Source: Acidimicrobiales bacterium (GTDB taxonomy: Bacteria; Actinomycetota; Acidimicrobiia; Acidimicrobiales; JAHWKP01). Taken from it: a DNA stretch of 64,000 nucleotides. Position 1 is the first letter of the stretch; each line of letters begins with the position of its first letter. The DNA is taken from contig DATLBX010000056.1 of the NCBI GenBank assembly GCA_035526705.1, positions 1,703 through 65,702 of the forward strand, read 5' to 3'. A program made the translations under genes and the position numbers. Shown here in pieces: positions 1 through 9,937 of the stretch. The notes beneath the pieces were generated by a model. The model had not been told where the DNA came from, searched no databases, and saw only the letters and a program-made list of their open reading frames with translations.

Positions 1-984
1 GCCCAACAGATTCTGCGCGTGGAGATCCCCCCGTGGGACTCCCCGACACACGATGAGCTCGCGGCACTCGAAGCCCTCAAGACCGAAGGCCGATGGGAGA
101 TCCAAGGCCAAGAACTGCGCCTGACGAACCTGAACAAGGTTCTGTTTCCGGCGCGCCCGGGGGACAAGGAGATCACCAAGCGCGATCTCATCCGCTACGC
201 AGCCCGTATCGCGTCGTGGCTTCTCCCCTACCTCTGGGATCGGCCGGTCAACCTTCACCGCTACCCGAACGGCGCGGCCAAGCCGGGCTTCTGGCACAAG
301 GAGGTGCCTTCACACGCGCCGGAGTGGATCACGCGCTGGCACAACCCCGACGCGGCCCCGGATGAGACGCAGCACTACTTCGTAGCGGACACGGTCCCCG
401 CCGTGGTGTGGCTCGCCAACTTCGGGGCGATTGAACTGAACCCTTGGACGTCATCGATCCGAAACTCCCGTGAACCGACGTGGGCGCTGATCGACGTCGA
501 CCCTGGACCGAATACGGAGTGGGAGGAACTCTTGGTTCTCGCGCGGCTCTACCGCACCGCGTTGGAGCACTTGCAAGTGGTGGGCCAGCCGAAGGTAACC
601 GGCAAACGGGGCATCCAGATATGGGTCCCCATCGCGACCGGGTGTTCCTTCAGCCAGACCCGCGCCTGGGTCGAGTCCGTCTCCCGGGCCATCGGGGCGA
701 CGGTCCCGGAACTCGTCTCCTGGAAGTGGACGAAGGCGGACCGCTCGGGGCTGGCGCGGCTCGATTACACGCAGAACGCGATCAACAAGACCTTGATAGC
801 GCCCTTCTCGACCCGACCCGCGCCAGGTGCCCCGGTGTCGGTCCCGATCGAGTGGGACGAACTCGACGACGATTCGCTCCGTCCGGACCGATGGACAGTT
901 GTCGACGTGTTCGACCGCCTCGCGGAACGGGGCGACCCACTGCGCCCGATGATCGGGCTACAGCAGGCTCTTCCGTCCGTCTAA
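1..984 (+). CDS. NHEJ DNA polymerase/primase, LigD polymerase-domain protein (possibly 5'-partial; first in-window start is GTG at 19)
   Basis: The 321-aa ORF resembles LigD Pol/AEP primase-polymerase domains (GFWHKE, IELNPW, DVDPGP, KVTGKRGIQIWVPI, RLDYTQN). The frame is open back to base 1. Confidence 0.8.
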   Translation, partial: AQQILRVEIPPWDSPTHDELAALEALKTEGRWEIQGQELRLTNLNKVLFPARPGDKEITKRDLIRYAARIASWLLPYLWDRPVNLHRYPNGAAKPGFWHKEVPSHAPEWITRWHNPDAAPDETQHYFVADTVPAVVWLANFGAIELNPWTSSIRNSREPTWALIDVDPGPNTEWEELLVLARLYRTALEHLQVVGQPKVTGKRGIQIWVPIATGCSFSQTRAWVESVSRAIGATVPELVSWKWTKADRSGLARLDYTQNAINKTLIAPFSTRPAPGAPVSVPIEWDELDDDSLRPDRWTVVDVFDRLAERGDPLRPMIGLQQALPSV

Positions 985-2000
985 ATGACCGACCCCTCCC
1001 CGAGGGAGGGAGCGCCGAGCAGCCGGTGGACCTCGGCCACGTCGCCGCGACTGCCGATGTACAACGGCGTGCGCTGATGCAGCTCGGTCGGAGTGATGTC
1101 GAGGATCCGCTCCCGCCCGTCGGTGGCCGCGCCGCCGGCGTGCTCCACAACGAGAGCCAGCGGCGCGTTCTCGTAGAGCAGGCGGAGCTTGCCGGTGGGC
1201 TTCGACGTCGTGGGCGGATACATGAACACCCCGCCCTTCAGGAGAGTGCGATGGAGGTCGGCGACCAGAGCGCCGGAATAGCGGGCCTGGCGGGGGCCGC
1301 ACAGAGACTCCTGCCGGCGGAACGTCGCGACCATTTCCCGCACCGGGGTATCCCACTGGGCCTCGTTGGCCTCGTTGACCGAATAGCTTCCCGCACCGTC
1401 CGGGATCCGGATGTCCGGATGGGTCAAGAAGAACGTGCCGATGGAGCGGTCCAACGTGAACCCGTTGACCCCTCCCCCGACGGTATAGACGAACATCGTC
1501 GACGGCCCGTAAAGCACGTAGCCCGCGGCAACGAGCTCGCGTCCCGGTTGCAGAAAGTCGTTCAGGTCCGCCGGCTTCCCGGCCTGGCCCGCAGCTCGGC
1601 GGTAGATGCCGAAGATGGTGCCCATGGCGCCGTCGACGTCGACGTTGCCCGAGCCGTCGAGCGGGTCGATGGTCAGCACGTATTTACCGTTCTCCGAGCC
1701 AGTCATCGCGAGGACGTCCGCTGACTCCTCGCTGCCGATGCCCGCCACCATGGGGGCGCGGTCCATGACCTGGCTCACGATGTCGTTGCTGATGACATCG
1801 AGCTCGCGGACCTGCTCGTCCTGCACGTTCGTGTCGCCCGTCAAGCCGAGCTTGCCGACAAAGCCGGCGCGCATGATCTCCGCCGCCAGCATGCGGGCCG
1901 CGAGGCTGATCCGATTGAGAACGGTGGACAAGTCACCGCTCGCCCCGGACTGCGCCTGGTCCCGAAAAAACTGTTCGCTAAGTGTCAACCCGGTGGCCAT
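981..2000 (-). CDS. fbp: Fructose-1,6-bisphosphatase class 1
   Basis: The 339-aa ORF has an ATG start and full-length FBPase-I similarity, including the metal-site motif IDPLDGSGNVDV. Its end overlaps the ligD-pol stop by 4 nt (convergent). Confidence 0.9.
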   Translation of the reverse strand: MATGLTLSEQFFRDQAQSGASGDLSTVLNRISLAARMLAAEIMRAGFVGKLGLTGDTNVQDEQVRELDVISNDIVSQVMDRAPMVAGIGSEESADVLAMTGSENGKYVLTIDPLDGSGNVDVDGAMGTIFGIYRRAAGQAGKPADLNDFLQPGRELVAAGYVLYGPSTMFVYTVGGGVNGFTLDRSIGTFFLTHPDIRIPDGAGSYSVNEANEAQWDTPVREMVATFRRQESLCGPRQARYSGALVADLHRTLLKGGVFMYPPTTSKPTGKLRLLYENAPLALVVEHAGGAATDGRERILDITPTELHQRTPLYIGSRGDVAEVHRLLGAPSLGEGSVI

Positions 2001-2011
2001 GCCCGGCCAAC

Positions 2012-2521
2012 CTACCCAGCGGCCTCCCAGGCGAAGCGAAACTCTCCTCTAATGGCCGCGTCGTAGCTGTTGAGCGGTCGCGCCATGAACGCAGCGAACG
2101 GTGCGGGACGATCCTGATACGTCAGTCCCAGGGCCATCGCCTCGACGAAGCCGAAGCGGGGGTAGTACTCGGGGTGGCCGAGCAACACGACCATTGGGTG
2201 ACCCTTCGCGTCGGCGCGTCGCAGCGCCTCTTCCGTCAGAGCGGTCCCGACTCCCAAGCGCTGATATGCGGGGAGCACCGCGAGCGGCGCCAGCGCGATG
2301 ACCTCTCGGCTGCCAACACTCGCGGCGCTGTGCAGGACGTGTCCGACGATCTCGCCGTCGATCACGGCGACCAAGTCGAGCTCAGGCAGGTGGGCGTCCG
2401 ACAGCCAAATCTTCTCCGCGATCTCGACTTCGGCGTCCCCGGGATCGAACGCCGCCCGCAGCACCTCGATGACCGCCGCGCGGTCCTCGAGCTCAGTCGT
2501 GCGGAGTTGGACGCGCGGCAT
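2012..2521 (-). CDS. GNAT family N-acetyltransferase
   Basis: The internal ATG at 2521 gives about 169 aa starting MPRVQLRTTELEDRAAV. An acetyl-CoA motif QRLGVGTAL is present. The upstream part of the 215-aa ORF is Pro/Ser/Arg-rich junk that overlaps the neighbouring gene. Confidence 0.8.
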   Translation of the reverse strand: MPRVQLRTTELEDRAAVIEVLRAAFDPGDAEVEIAEKIWLSDAHLPELDLVAVIDGEIVGHVLHSAASVGSREVIALAPLAVLPAYQRLGVGTALTEEALRRADAKGHPMVVLLGHPEYYPRFGFVEAMALGLTYQDRPAPFAAFMARPLNSYDAAIRGEFRFAWEAAG

Positions 2522-3377
2522 CCGGCAAGGCAACGCCCATGGACTCCGCGAGTTCGGCGGTGTCGAAATCCTCCTTGCGGACGAGGGCATCGAAGAACAA
2601 AACAGTGATAGCGGTCGCCGCGAACGGGGTGGTGACGACGCTGCCGATCGAGCCGGCAAACCCTTCCGCTATCGCCTCGGCCAGGTCGCCGTTGGCCGGC
2701 AGAACCGCCGATACGAGCTCGCTGATCACCGCGGCGACGATGCCGGTCGCGGCCGACACGATCACCAGTAGCCCCAGAGCGGGCCACCACCGACCCCGCA
2801 GAAGATCTCTCGACCGTGCCAGCGCGGCCCGGCCACGGAAGTCCTCGAACAGCAATACCGGGATCGCTACTGCCCACGCGACGGCGAAATAGAAGCCGGG
2901 GACGATCAGCGCCAAGAACCCCAGCGCAAGTAAGGCGCCGAACACGAACTGCAGCCAAACGAGAGGCCAGAACCGCCGTCCGGCGAAGGCCACCGAGTCC
3001 TTCCAGTCCTGTCCGAGGCCGAGATATGCACGGGCCACGATCTTGAACGTCGCCGCCGTGGCGACCTGCGCCGCCAGGGCGCTCATCACGCCGGCGAGCA
3101 ACAAGCCTCCGACGAGCAGTGCGACCGCGCCACCATCGATCTCCTGGAGCACCTGTTCCCCCGAGGTGATCGACTCGGTGAAGTTCGGATCGGACAGCCG
3201 GCCGAACGGGTCCTCGGCGGGCGTGACCAGCACGAGCGTGATCGCCGTGAAGATCGACACGGGAACGACGACCACGGCCACGGCCTTCAACAGATCGGGG
3301 AATCGGGCGCGGCAGATCCTGATCGTGAGATCGAGGATGTCGCCCACGCCGCGAGGCCGCAGCTCTACGACGTCCAC
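2493..3377 (-). CDS. Integral membrane protein, unknown function
   Basis: The 294-aa ORF has a GTG start, several long hydrophobic segments and GC3-rich codons. I did not recognise a catalytic motif. Confidence 0.6.
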   Translation of the reverse strand: MDVVELRPRGVGDILDLTIRICRARFPDLLKAVAVVVVPVSIFTAITLVLVTPAEDPFGRLSDPNFTESITSGEQVLQEIDGGAVALLVGGLLLAGVMSALAAQVATAATFKIVARAYLGLGQDWKDSVAFAGRRFWPLVWLQFVFGALLALGFLALIVPGFYFAVAWAVAIPVLLFEDFRGRAALARSRDLLRGRWWPALGLLVIVSAATGIVAAVISELVSAVLPANGDLAEAIAEGFAGSIGSVVTTPFAATAITVLFFDALVRKEDFDTAELAESMGVALPDAARPTPHD

Positions 3378-3415
3378 GCCGAGGACGTTATCGCCGCAGT
3401 CGGAGCCGTCCCCGT

Positions 3416-6409
3416 CTACGCCGTGCGATCCGAGAGAGGCCCAGCTGCCTCTTCGGATTCGCGGTTGCGCACGGCTTCGATGCGTGCGGGCACCTGCTCG
3501 GAGGTCGCCCGGAAGGCCGCGGCCAGGGATTCCACGAGATCGGCCACCACCACCGGGCTCTGCTCCAGCCGCTCCTCGATCGCCTCTGAAAGCTCGACCA
3601 CTCTCCGGAAACCGAACTGAGCAGAGCTCCCCTTCAGGGCGTGCGCCGCGTCCGCGACCGTCGGCCAGTCGGACTCCGGCGCCGCCGCTTCTATGCGCTC
3701 GAGCTGCTTTTGGCCGGAGCCGAGGAACATTTCCAGCAGACGCTGGGTCATCCCACCCGAGCCATCAGGGTCCAAGGCGATGATGTCGCTGAGCCGGCTG
3801 TCGTCTATCAAATCGTCCTCGTCGTGCACCGCTTCGTTTACTGGCGTCGTCGTGTCGGTGGCGTCAGAAAGCGTTACGGGTTCGCCGGAGGCACGAGACC
3901 ACTTGGCCACGACGGCAAAAAGTTCTTCCTCACGAATCGGCTTCGTGAGCACCGCGTCCATCCCTGCGGCCAGGCATCGGTCGACGTCCTCACGAGTTGC
4001 CGCGGCCGTCAGCGCGACCACCGGCGTGCGGGGGCGTCGACTGGCCTGCTCACGCAGTCTGAGTTGCTCGGTCGCTTCGAAACCGTCCATCTCGGGCATC
4101 TGGCAATCCATCAAAACGAGGTCGTAGTCCAAGCGGCTCAGCGCCTCGACTGCCTCGGCGCCGTCGCCCGCCGCATCGACGCGGTGCCCGTGCTTTTGCA
4201 GCATGAGAGTCGCCACGCGAAGGTTGACCGCGTTGTCCTCGGCGACGAGGATCCGTGCCGGCGGACTCGGCTCGGCAGTGGGCTTCGGGCGCCGCGGCCC
4301 GGCGGTGTCCCGGCCACCCAGCATCTGAGTGAGAGCCTTGTAGAGGGTGGCTCGCTTGACCGGCTTGGGTAACGCCAGCGTTACCCCTGCGTCCTTGAGG
4401 TCCTGGGCCTTTTCGTTGGACGAACTCGACAGCAACAGAACCGGTACGTCTCCTCCGCCCGGCTGCCGACGGATTTGTCGGCACAGTTCCAGGCCATCCA
4501 TGTCCGGCATGTTGAAGTCCAGAAGGACAAGCTCGAACCGGCGAGAGGACTCTGCGGCGTCGACGAAGGCCGACAGGCCCGCTACGGACGAATCCGCAGC
4601 GGTGGGCAGCGCGTCCCAGCCGGACAGCATCTCGCCCAGCACGCGGCGGTTGATGGAGTTGTCATCCACGATCAGCACGCGAACGCCGCGCAGGTCGGCG
4701 AGAATCCGACTCGGCGCGGCGGGTCTCGGTGCTTCTGGAAGGGGCAGGGTGAACCAGAACCGCGACCCCTGACCCGGCTTGCTCGCGGCCGAGATGGTCC
4801 CGTCCATGAGCTGGACCAGCTGGCGCGAGATGGTGAGTCCCAACCCCGTGCCGCCGTACTCGCGCGTCGTGGACGCATCCGCTTGGCGAAATGGTTCGAA
4901 GAGGCGGGCCATACGCTCCGGGGCCATCCCGATCCCGGTATCCGTCACCTCGAAGAAGACAAACTCCGCCTCTTCCCGCTTGGCTGCGATGATCACGCTG
5001 CCGTCCTCCGGGGTGAACTTGATGGCGTTGCTGGTCAAGTTGGTCAACACCTGTCGCACCCGCCCGGGATCGCCCCGGACGTATTCCGGCAGCCCGGCCT
5101 CGAGATCCAGTGTGAGCTCGATTCGCTTGGCCCGTGCGGATTCGGCGAGCAGTTCGGCCACCTCCTCGATAACGGACACGAGCTCGAAGTCGATGATCTC
5201 GATCTCCATGCGCCCTGCCTCGATCTTTGAGAAGTCGAGGATGTCGTTGACGATCGTCAGGAGCGCATCACCTGAGTAACGGATCGTCTCGACGAATTCG
5301 CGCTGGCGCTCATCGAGCGGTGTGTCGAGCAACAACGAGGTCATCCCGATGACACCGTTCATCGGGGTTCGGATCTCGTGACTCATGTTGGCCAGGAAGG
5401 TCGACTTGAGACGGTTCGCCTCCAGAGCCGCATCCCGCCCCGCTGCCAGTTCAGCGGCGCCGGATCGCAGTTCGACCTCAGCGCGGGCCGCTCGGGTCAG
5501 AGCCGCGGCCAGGAGAGAGGCGCCTCCGATCACCGCGAGGGCGAGCAGTCCGGCGATGCCGAGCACGCTTTGACGCAGATCTCGCAATGCTCCGAAGACC
5601 GTGGACGTCGGGACTCGAGCGGTGACCGTCCAGCCGAATTTCGACACGGGCTCGTGGCCGGTGACCACGTCGTCACCCACCGTCACCGACGAACGGCCGG
5701 CCAAGGCCTCCCGGACGCCGGTCGGGACTTCCACCCGGCTGCCAATTTCGGCCGGACGTCCGCCAGGGCGAACGAGCGTAACGCCGCGCTGGTCCGTCAC
5801 CGAGAGTTCCAGCTGCTGGCTCTCGGCGAATCGGTCTACGAAAGACTGCAGGTCGGCGATGGCGTATCCGGCGGTGATTATGCCGACCAGGTCGCCTGCG
5901 GCATCACGCACGGGGGCGGCCACTCCCACCACGAGCGGCTTCCCGACGGCTCTGCTCTCGTAGCCCTCCGAGACGTACGCGTCGCCGCTCTCGACCACGC
6001 CCCGATACCAGTCCCGGAACGCAAAATTCACGCCCACTATCTCGGGCGTACTTGGGTAGATGGTCAGCAGGTTCCCGGCGGCGTCCGACGCGAAGGAAGT
6101 AGCGATCGCGGGGCGGGCTTTGCCCAACTCGTCGACGTGACGCTGAACCTCGACGAGGTTCCCCGATTGGATCGCGGCCGCCAGTGACTTTCGCTGGGCG
6201 TACGCCCGGACAAGCGTCGAGAGACCGGTGAGCTCTCCCTCGACGAGCGTGGACGCGATCTGGGTAGTCGCCCTGACTCGCTGCTGTGCCTGTCGTCGGA
6301 CCGCTTTGTCTGACTGCGTGAGGGTCACGTAACTGAGGAGCGCCAGCGAGCCGAGCCCGACGATGAGAAACAGGGTTACAAGTCGAACGACCGCACCTCG
6401 AGGCTTCAC
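3416..6409 (-). CDS. Hybrid sensor histidine kinase (TM-Cache-like sensor-TM, HisKA, HATPase_c, 2x REC, C-terminal HPt)
   Basis: H-box [15 protein letters not shown]-boxes DTGIGM and [10 protein letters not shown], receiver motifs DFNMPDMDG and DCQMPEMDG, and HPt motif [11 protein letters not shown]. Two TM segments flank a roughly 250-aa extracytoplasmic domain. Confidence 0.9.
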   Translation of the reverse strand: MKPRGAVVRLVTLFLIVGLGSLALLSYVTLTQSDKAVRRQAQQRVRATTQIASTLVEGELTGLSTLVRAYAQRKSLAAAIQSGNLVEVQRHVDELGKARPAIATSFASDAAGNLLTIYPSTPEIVGVNFAFRDWYRGVVESGDAYVSEGYESRAVGKPLVVGVAAPVRDAAGDLVGIITAGYAIADLQSFVDRFAESQQLELSVTDQRGVTLVRPGGRPAEIGSRVEVPTGVREALAGRSSVTVGDDVVTGHEPVSKFGWTVTARVPTSTVFGALRDLRQSVLGIAGLLALAVIGGASLLAAALTRAARAEVELRSGAAELAAGRDAALEANRLKSTFLANMSHEIRTPMNGVIGMTSLLLDTPLDERQREFVETIRYSGDALLTIVNDILDFSKIEAGRMEIEIIDFELVSVIEEVAELLAESARAKRIELTLDLEAGLPEYVRGDPGRVRQVLTNLTSNAIKFTPEDGSVIIAAKREEAEFVFFEVTDTGIGMAPERMARLFEPFRQADASTTREYGGTGLGLTISRQLVQLMDGTISAASKPGQGSRFWFTLPLPEAPRPAAPSRILADLRGVRVLIVDDNSINRRVLGEMLSGWDALPTAADSSVAGLSAFVDAAESSRRFELVLLDFNMPDMDGLELCRQIRRQPGGGDVPVLLLSSSSNEKAQDLKDAGVTLALPKPVKRATLYKALTQMLGGRDTAGPRRPKPTAEPSPPARILVAEDNAVNLRVATLMLQKHGHRVDAAGDGAEAVEALSRLDYDLVLMDCQMPEMDGFEATEQLRLREQASRRPRTPVVALTAAATREDVDRCLAAGMDAVLTKPIREEELFAVVAKWSRASGEPVTLSDATDTTTPVNEAVHDEDDLIDDSRLSDIIALDPDGSGGMTQRLLEMFLGSGQKQLERIEAAAPESDWPTVADAAHALKGSSAQFGFRRVVELSEAIEERLEQSPVVVADLVESLAAAFRATSEQVPARIEAVRNRESEEAAGPLSDRTA

Positions 6410-6461
6410 GACCCCACGACGCTACCCCCCACGTTCGTTCACGCGGCCTCCTCGGCAGCTG

Positions 6462-6995
6462 TCAGGGCGCGGTCAATTGACCTCTCACCGCCCCCTTTGG
6501 GAAATCGGTGTTGTGCACGTTCACGTAGAAGCTCGTGGGACTTACCGCGATCTCGTTGGCGATTTCCGCCTGGACTGCGGAGCAACCCTTCGACGAGCCA
6601 CCGGCCGGCGCGGTCAGCTCGATCACCACGGGGCCGGCGACACCGGGATCGCCCTTGTGGATGTGGGCTGCATTCGCTTCGGCGATTCCCGATACCGACA
6701 TCTCGAAGCAGACCTCGTTGGTACTCGTCTTGATCGTGATGGTGGCTTTGCCGGTGCCATCGTCATCACCCGGGTCAGGCTTCTCGGCAGCTCCGGTCAA
6801 CTCTGCCGTGAACACCATGCCTTCCTCCTCACCGTCGTCCATCGACTGCCCTGTCGTGCCCGCCGGAGAGTCGCTCGCGGAGTCATTGGCGTCTTCACTG
6901 GCGGCGTCGCCAATGGTCGGATCGTCGGTGCCGCACGCACCGAGAAGCAGGAAGACCAGCAGGGAACCGAACAGGACACGCGGGAGTCTCGTCAT
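6462..6995 (-). CDS. CHRD domain-containing secreted lipoprotein
   Basis: Signal peptide plus lipobox (LLLGACG). CHRD signatures AHIHKGDPGVAGPVV and FYVNVHNTDFPKGAVRGQL. Confidence 0.8.
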   Translation of the reverse strand: MTRLPRVLFGSLLVFLLLGACGTDDPTIGDAASEDANDSASDSPAGTTGQSMDDGEEEGMVFTAELTGAAEKPDPGDDDGTGKATITIKTSTNEVCFEMSVSGIAEANAAHIHKGDPGVAGPVVIELTAPAGGSSKGCSAVQAEIANEIAVSPTSFYVNVHNTDFPKGAVRGQLTAP

Positions 6996-7061
6996 GGGCG
7001 CATCGTAAGACGCGAACCCGGAGGCGCCGCGGTAGGCGGACTCTGCCGCTGTTGCCTCGGG

Positions 7062-8273
7062 CTAGCTCAGATAGGGAAGCGGGTCGACGGGGGTGCCGCC
7101 GATGCGTACTTCGAAATGCAAGTGGGGCCCGGTGGACATACCGGTTGAACCGACGAGGCCGACGATCTGGCCCGCCTTCACCTGCTGTCCCGGGCTCACC
7201 AGGATGGAGCTCAGATGCGCGTTGAGCGTGGCGAGGTTGCCACCGTGGCCCACCACGACCGCGTTTCCGTATCCGCCGCGCACTCCGGCGAGGATCACTT
7301 CACCGTCGCCCGCCGCCCGCACCGGTGTTCCGGTCCCGGCACGGAGGTCGATACCGGTGTGGACGCGGACGGTGCCCAGTATCGGGTGCGTCCGCGGCCC
7401 GAAACGCGACGTCACTGCCGCGAATGGGATTGGCGGCTCCAGGGCGCCGGGGCGCGAACCGGTTCCCGCGCCGCGCAGCCGCAGGATGTTCCCGATCGTG
7501 TCCGACTCGGCCTTGAGCGCCGCCAGTCGCTCTTCGAGCTCATCCGTGCGGGACCGCGCCTCGGCGAATACGGCCCGCTCGGCCTCTTCCTGGTTGCGGG
7601 CCCTGTCCCGGACCGCGTCGGCTTCCGCCCGCACCGACTGCAGCCTGAGCAAGCCCGCGTTGTGCTCGTCGAAGAGCTTCTTGGCTTCGTCGACCTGAGC
7701 GGTGACGACTTCCTGGGCGTCTCTCGCGTCCTCGCGCAGAGCCTGCAACTTGTCGACTTGCCGCTGCTGCGCGTCGACCAACACCCGGAAGAAAACACGG
7801 GTCTTCTCGACATCGCGAATGCTCTGGACCTCGAGCATGGCGTTAGCCGCACTCGCTGCGGGGTTACCCACGTAAGCGGCGACGGCGCGACGGGCCAGGA
7901 GCTTGCGGCCGTCGGCCAGCCGCCCCTTGGCCTCCTCCAGCTTCACGCGTACGTGGTTGAGCTCGGCCAGCGCCAGCTCATGATCTGCCTGCGCCTTGTC
8001 GACCTCGGCCTGGACCGAGGTGACCCGCCCGTCGATCTCGGCGACCTCTGCGTCGAGCTTCCGGCGCACATCGGCCAGTGCGTCGACGCGGTCGAGCAGC
8101 TCGGCTTCCTCTGCGGATGCATGGCTGATCTGCTCCCGCAGCGATTGGATCTCGGAAGCCTTGGAGCGCGGCTCTGCCAGAGCAGGAACCGGGGCCGCAA
8201 GACAGACAGCCAGGATCAGAGCCAGGGCGGCTCGGGGCGACCGCACGATGCGAGCGTAAACCACACCAGTCAC
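7062..8273 (-). CDS. M23 family metallopeptidase with N-terminal signal peptide and long coiled-coil (EnvC/PcsB/RipC-like)
   Basis: M23 motifs HTGIDLRAGTGTPV and GPHLHFEVR. A coiled-coil region precedes the catalytic domain. The likely start is GTG at 8273, just after the ftsX stop. The remaining 5' part of the 653-aa ORF overlaps ftsX and is rejected. Confidence 0.85.
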   Translation of the reverse strand: MTGVVYARIVRSPRAALALILAVCLAAPVPALAEPRSKASEIQSLREQISHASAEEAELLDRVDALADVRRKLDAEVAEIDGRVTSVQAEVDKAQADHELALAELNHVRVKLEEAKGRLADGRKLLARRAVAAYVGNPAASAANAMLEVQSIRDVEKTRVFFRVLVDAQQRQVDKLQALREDARDAQEVVTAQVDEAKKLFDEHNAGLLRLQSVRAEADAVRDRARNQEEAERAVFAEARSRTDELEERLAALKAESDTIGNILRLRGAGTGSRPGALEPPIPFAAVTSRFGPRTHPILGTVRVHTGIDLRAGTGTPVRAAGDGEVILAGVRGGYGNAVVVGHGGNLATLNAHLSSILVSPGQQVKAGQIVGLVGSTGMSTGPHLHFEVRIGGTPVDPLPYLS

Positions 8274-8293
8274 ACCTGCAACAGGGGTTCCGC

Positions 8294-9181
8294 TCAGACG
8301 TCGAGGAATCGGCGCACCGCGACGGCCGAGCCGAGCGCTCCCACGCCTGCTCCGACCAGAACCAGGAAGACGGCGGTGCCGGTGACTTCCTTGCCGGAGA
8401 CGAGCATTTGCTGGATCAGCTGCAGGCTCGAGGACTCCAAATTGCGCTGGAGGACGGTGCGACCCAGGCTGACCAAGAGGGCGGCCACCGCGCCCCCGAC
8501 GAGGCCTTGGACCAGACCCTCGAGCATGAAGGGGACCCGGATGAACCAGTTGGTCGCGCCTACGAGCTTCATGACCGCGATCTCCCGGCGCCGGGCGAAA
8601 ATCGCGAGCTGGATGGTGTTGAGGATCAGCAGGGTCGCGGAAATGAGGAGCACACCCGCCATCGTGTAGATCGCCAGCTGGATGATGCGCGTCACCTTCA
8701 GAAGCGTGTCGATCGTGTCCTTGGCGTATGCAACGGCATAGACGCCGGGGCGCTCCTCGAACCGGTTGCCGATCGGCTCCACGAACTCCGCTTCCTTTGG
8801 CACGACGCGGTAGGACGGGGGCAGATCCGCCGCGGTGATTCCCTCGGTCTGGCTCGGGTCGTTGGAGAACATTTCCTTGAACTCCGCGAACGAGGCTGCC
8901 TGATCGACGTACTTGTAGCGGAGCACCTGGGGGAGGTTCGACAGCTCGGCCTCGACAGCGGTGTTCTGGGCCTCGGACGCGTCGGGTTTCATGAAGATCG
9001 ACAGCTCGACGCCCCCCCGCCACTGCAGCGTGGCGCGGGTGACTCCCTGCTTGAGCAGCAGAGCACCTCCGACGAGCGATAGAGAAACGGCGACGGTGAG
9101 AATTGCCGCCATGGTCATCAGTGGGTTCCGCCGCAGGTTGGAGAAGGTCTCCCGCAGGGTGTAATCGAGGGAAAGCGCCAT
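8294..9181 (-). CDS. ftsX: Cell division permease-like protein FtsX
   Basis: 295 aa with four TM segments and an extracellular loop domain. It sits directly downstream of ftsE. Confidence 0.9.
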   Translation of the reverse strand: MALSLDYTLRETFSNLRRNPLMTMAAILTVAVSLSLVGGALLLKQGVTRATLQWRGGVELSIFMKPDASEAQNTAVEAELSNLPQVLRYKYVDQAASFAEFKEMFSNDPSQTEGITAADLPPSYRVVPKEAEFVEPIGNRFEERPGVYAVAYAKDTIDTLLKVTRIIQLAIYTMAGVLLISATLLILNTIQLAIFARRREIAVMKLVGATNWFIRVPFMLEGLVQGLVGGAVAALLVSLGRTVLQRNLESSSLQLIQQMLVSGKEVTGTAVFLVLVGAGVGALGSAVAVRRFLDV

Positions 9182-9184
9182 CAG

Positions 9185-9871
9185 CTAGCTAGCAGCTCCA
9201 TAGACGCCGCGGGCCTGGTCGCGAATGACCACGCCGTGGTCTAGTTCGATGACCCGCCGGCGCATGGTGTCGACGATGCCGACGTCGTGTGTGGCCATGA
9301 CGACGGTCGTACCAGTGCGATTGATTCGGTCGAGCAGACGCATGATGCCCTCGGTAGTAGTCGGGTCGAGGTTTCCCGTCGGTTCGTCCGCCAGCAGGAT
9401 CAGCGGACGGTTGACGAAGGCGCGCGCCACAGCGACGCGTTGTTGCTCACCACCCGAGAGCTCTCCCGGGAAGTTCGACGCCTTGTTGGAAAGTCCGACG
9501 AGGTCGAGGATCTGGGGAACGGTCGAAGCGATCACGTGCTTCGGGCGGCCGATCACCTCCAGCGCGAAGGCCACGTTCTCCGTGACGGTCTTGTTCGGCA
9601 GAAGCCGGAAGTCCTGGAAGACAGATCCGATGTTGCGACGCAAAAGCGGGACTTTCCAGCTGTGCATGTTGCCGACGTTGCGGCCGGCCACCCAGATTTC
9701 TCCGGAGTCGGGCCCCTCCTCCTTCGTGACGAGGCGCAGAAAGGTCGACTTGCCGGAGCCCGAAGGACCGACGAGGAAGACGAACTCACCCTTTTGGATG
9801 TCCACCGAGCAGTCGCGCAATGCAACCGTCGATCCCTTATACGACTTGGTGACGTGCTCGAGCTTGATCAT
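9185..9871 (-). CDS. ftsE: Cell division ATP-binding protein FtsE
   Basis: Walker [10 protein letters not shown], signature LSGGEQQRV, Walker [10 protein letters not shown]. 228 aa. Confidence 0.95.
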   Translation of the reverse strand: MIKLEHVTKSYKGSTVALRDCSVDIQKGEFVFLVGPSGSGKSTFLRLVTKEEGPDSGEIWVAGRNVGNMHSWKVPLLRRNIGSVFQDFRLLPNKTVTENVAFALEVIGRPKHVIASTVPQILDLVGLSNKASNFPGELSGGEQQRVAVARAFVNRPLILLADEPTGNLDPTTTEGIMRLLDRINRTGTTVVMATHDVGIVDTMRRRVIELDHGVVIRDQARGVYGAAS

Positions 9872-9937
9872 TCGCCTCTCCCGGCCCCGCCGAGCGGGAC
9901 CCTGGTCGCCGGCTGTGCCGGTCGCGTCACCTACAAG

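Noticed and set aside
8274-9023. N-terminal extensions of maximal ORFs, shown here for the M23 peptidase. Other examples are hutI 20732-20947, ahcY 25283-25540, the LLM oxidoreductase 61672-61941, the LPPTG protein 46992-47672, GNAT 2522-2659 and the ABC exporter 37412-37597.
   Set aside because: The extensions overlap the upstream gene or spacer and are low-complexity. In each case a start codon lies at the point where family similarity begins, usually with an ATGA/GTGA overlap or an SD.
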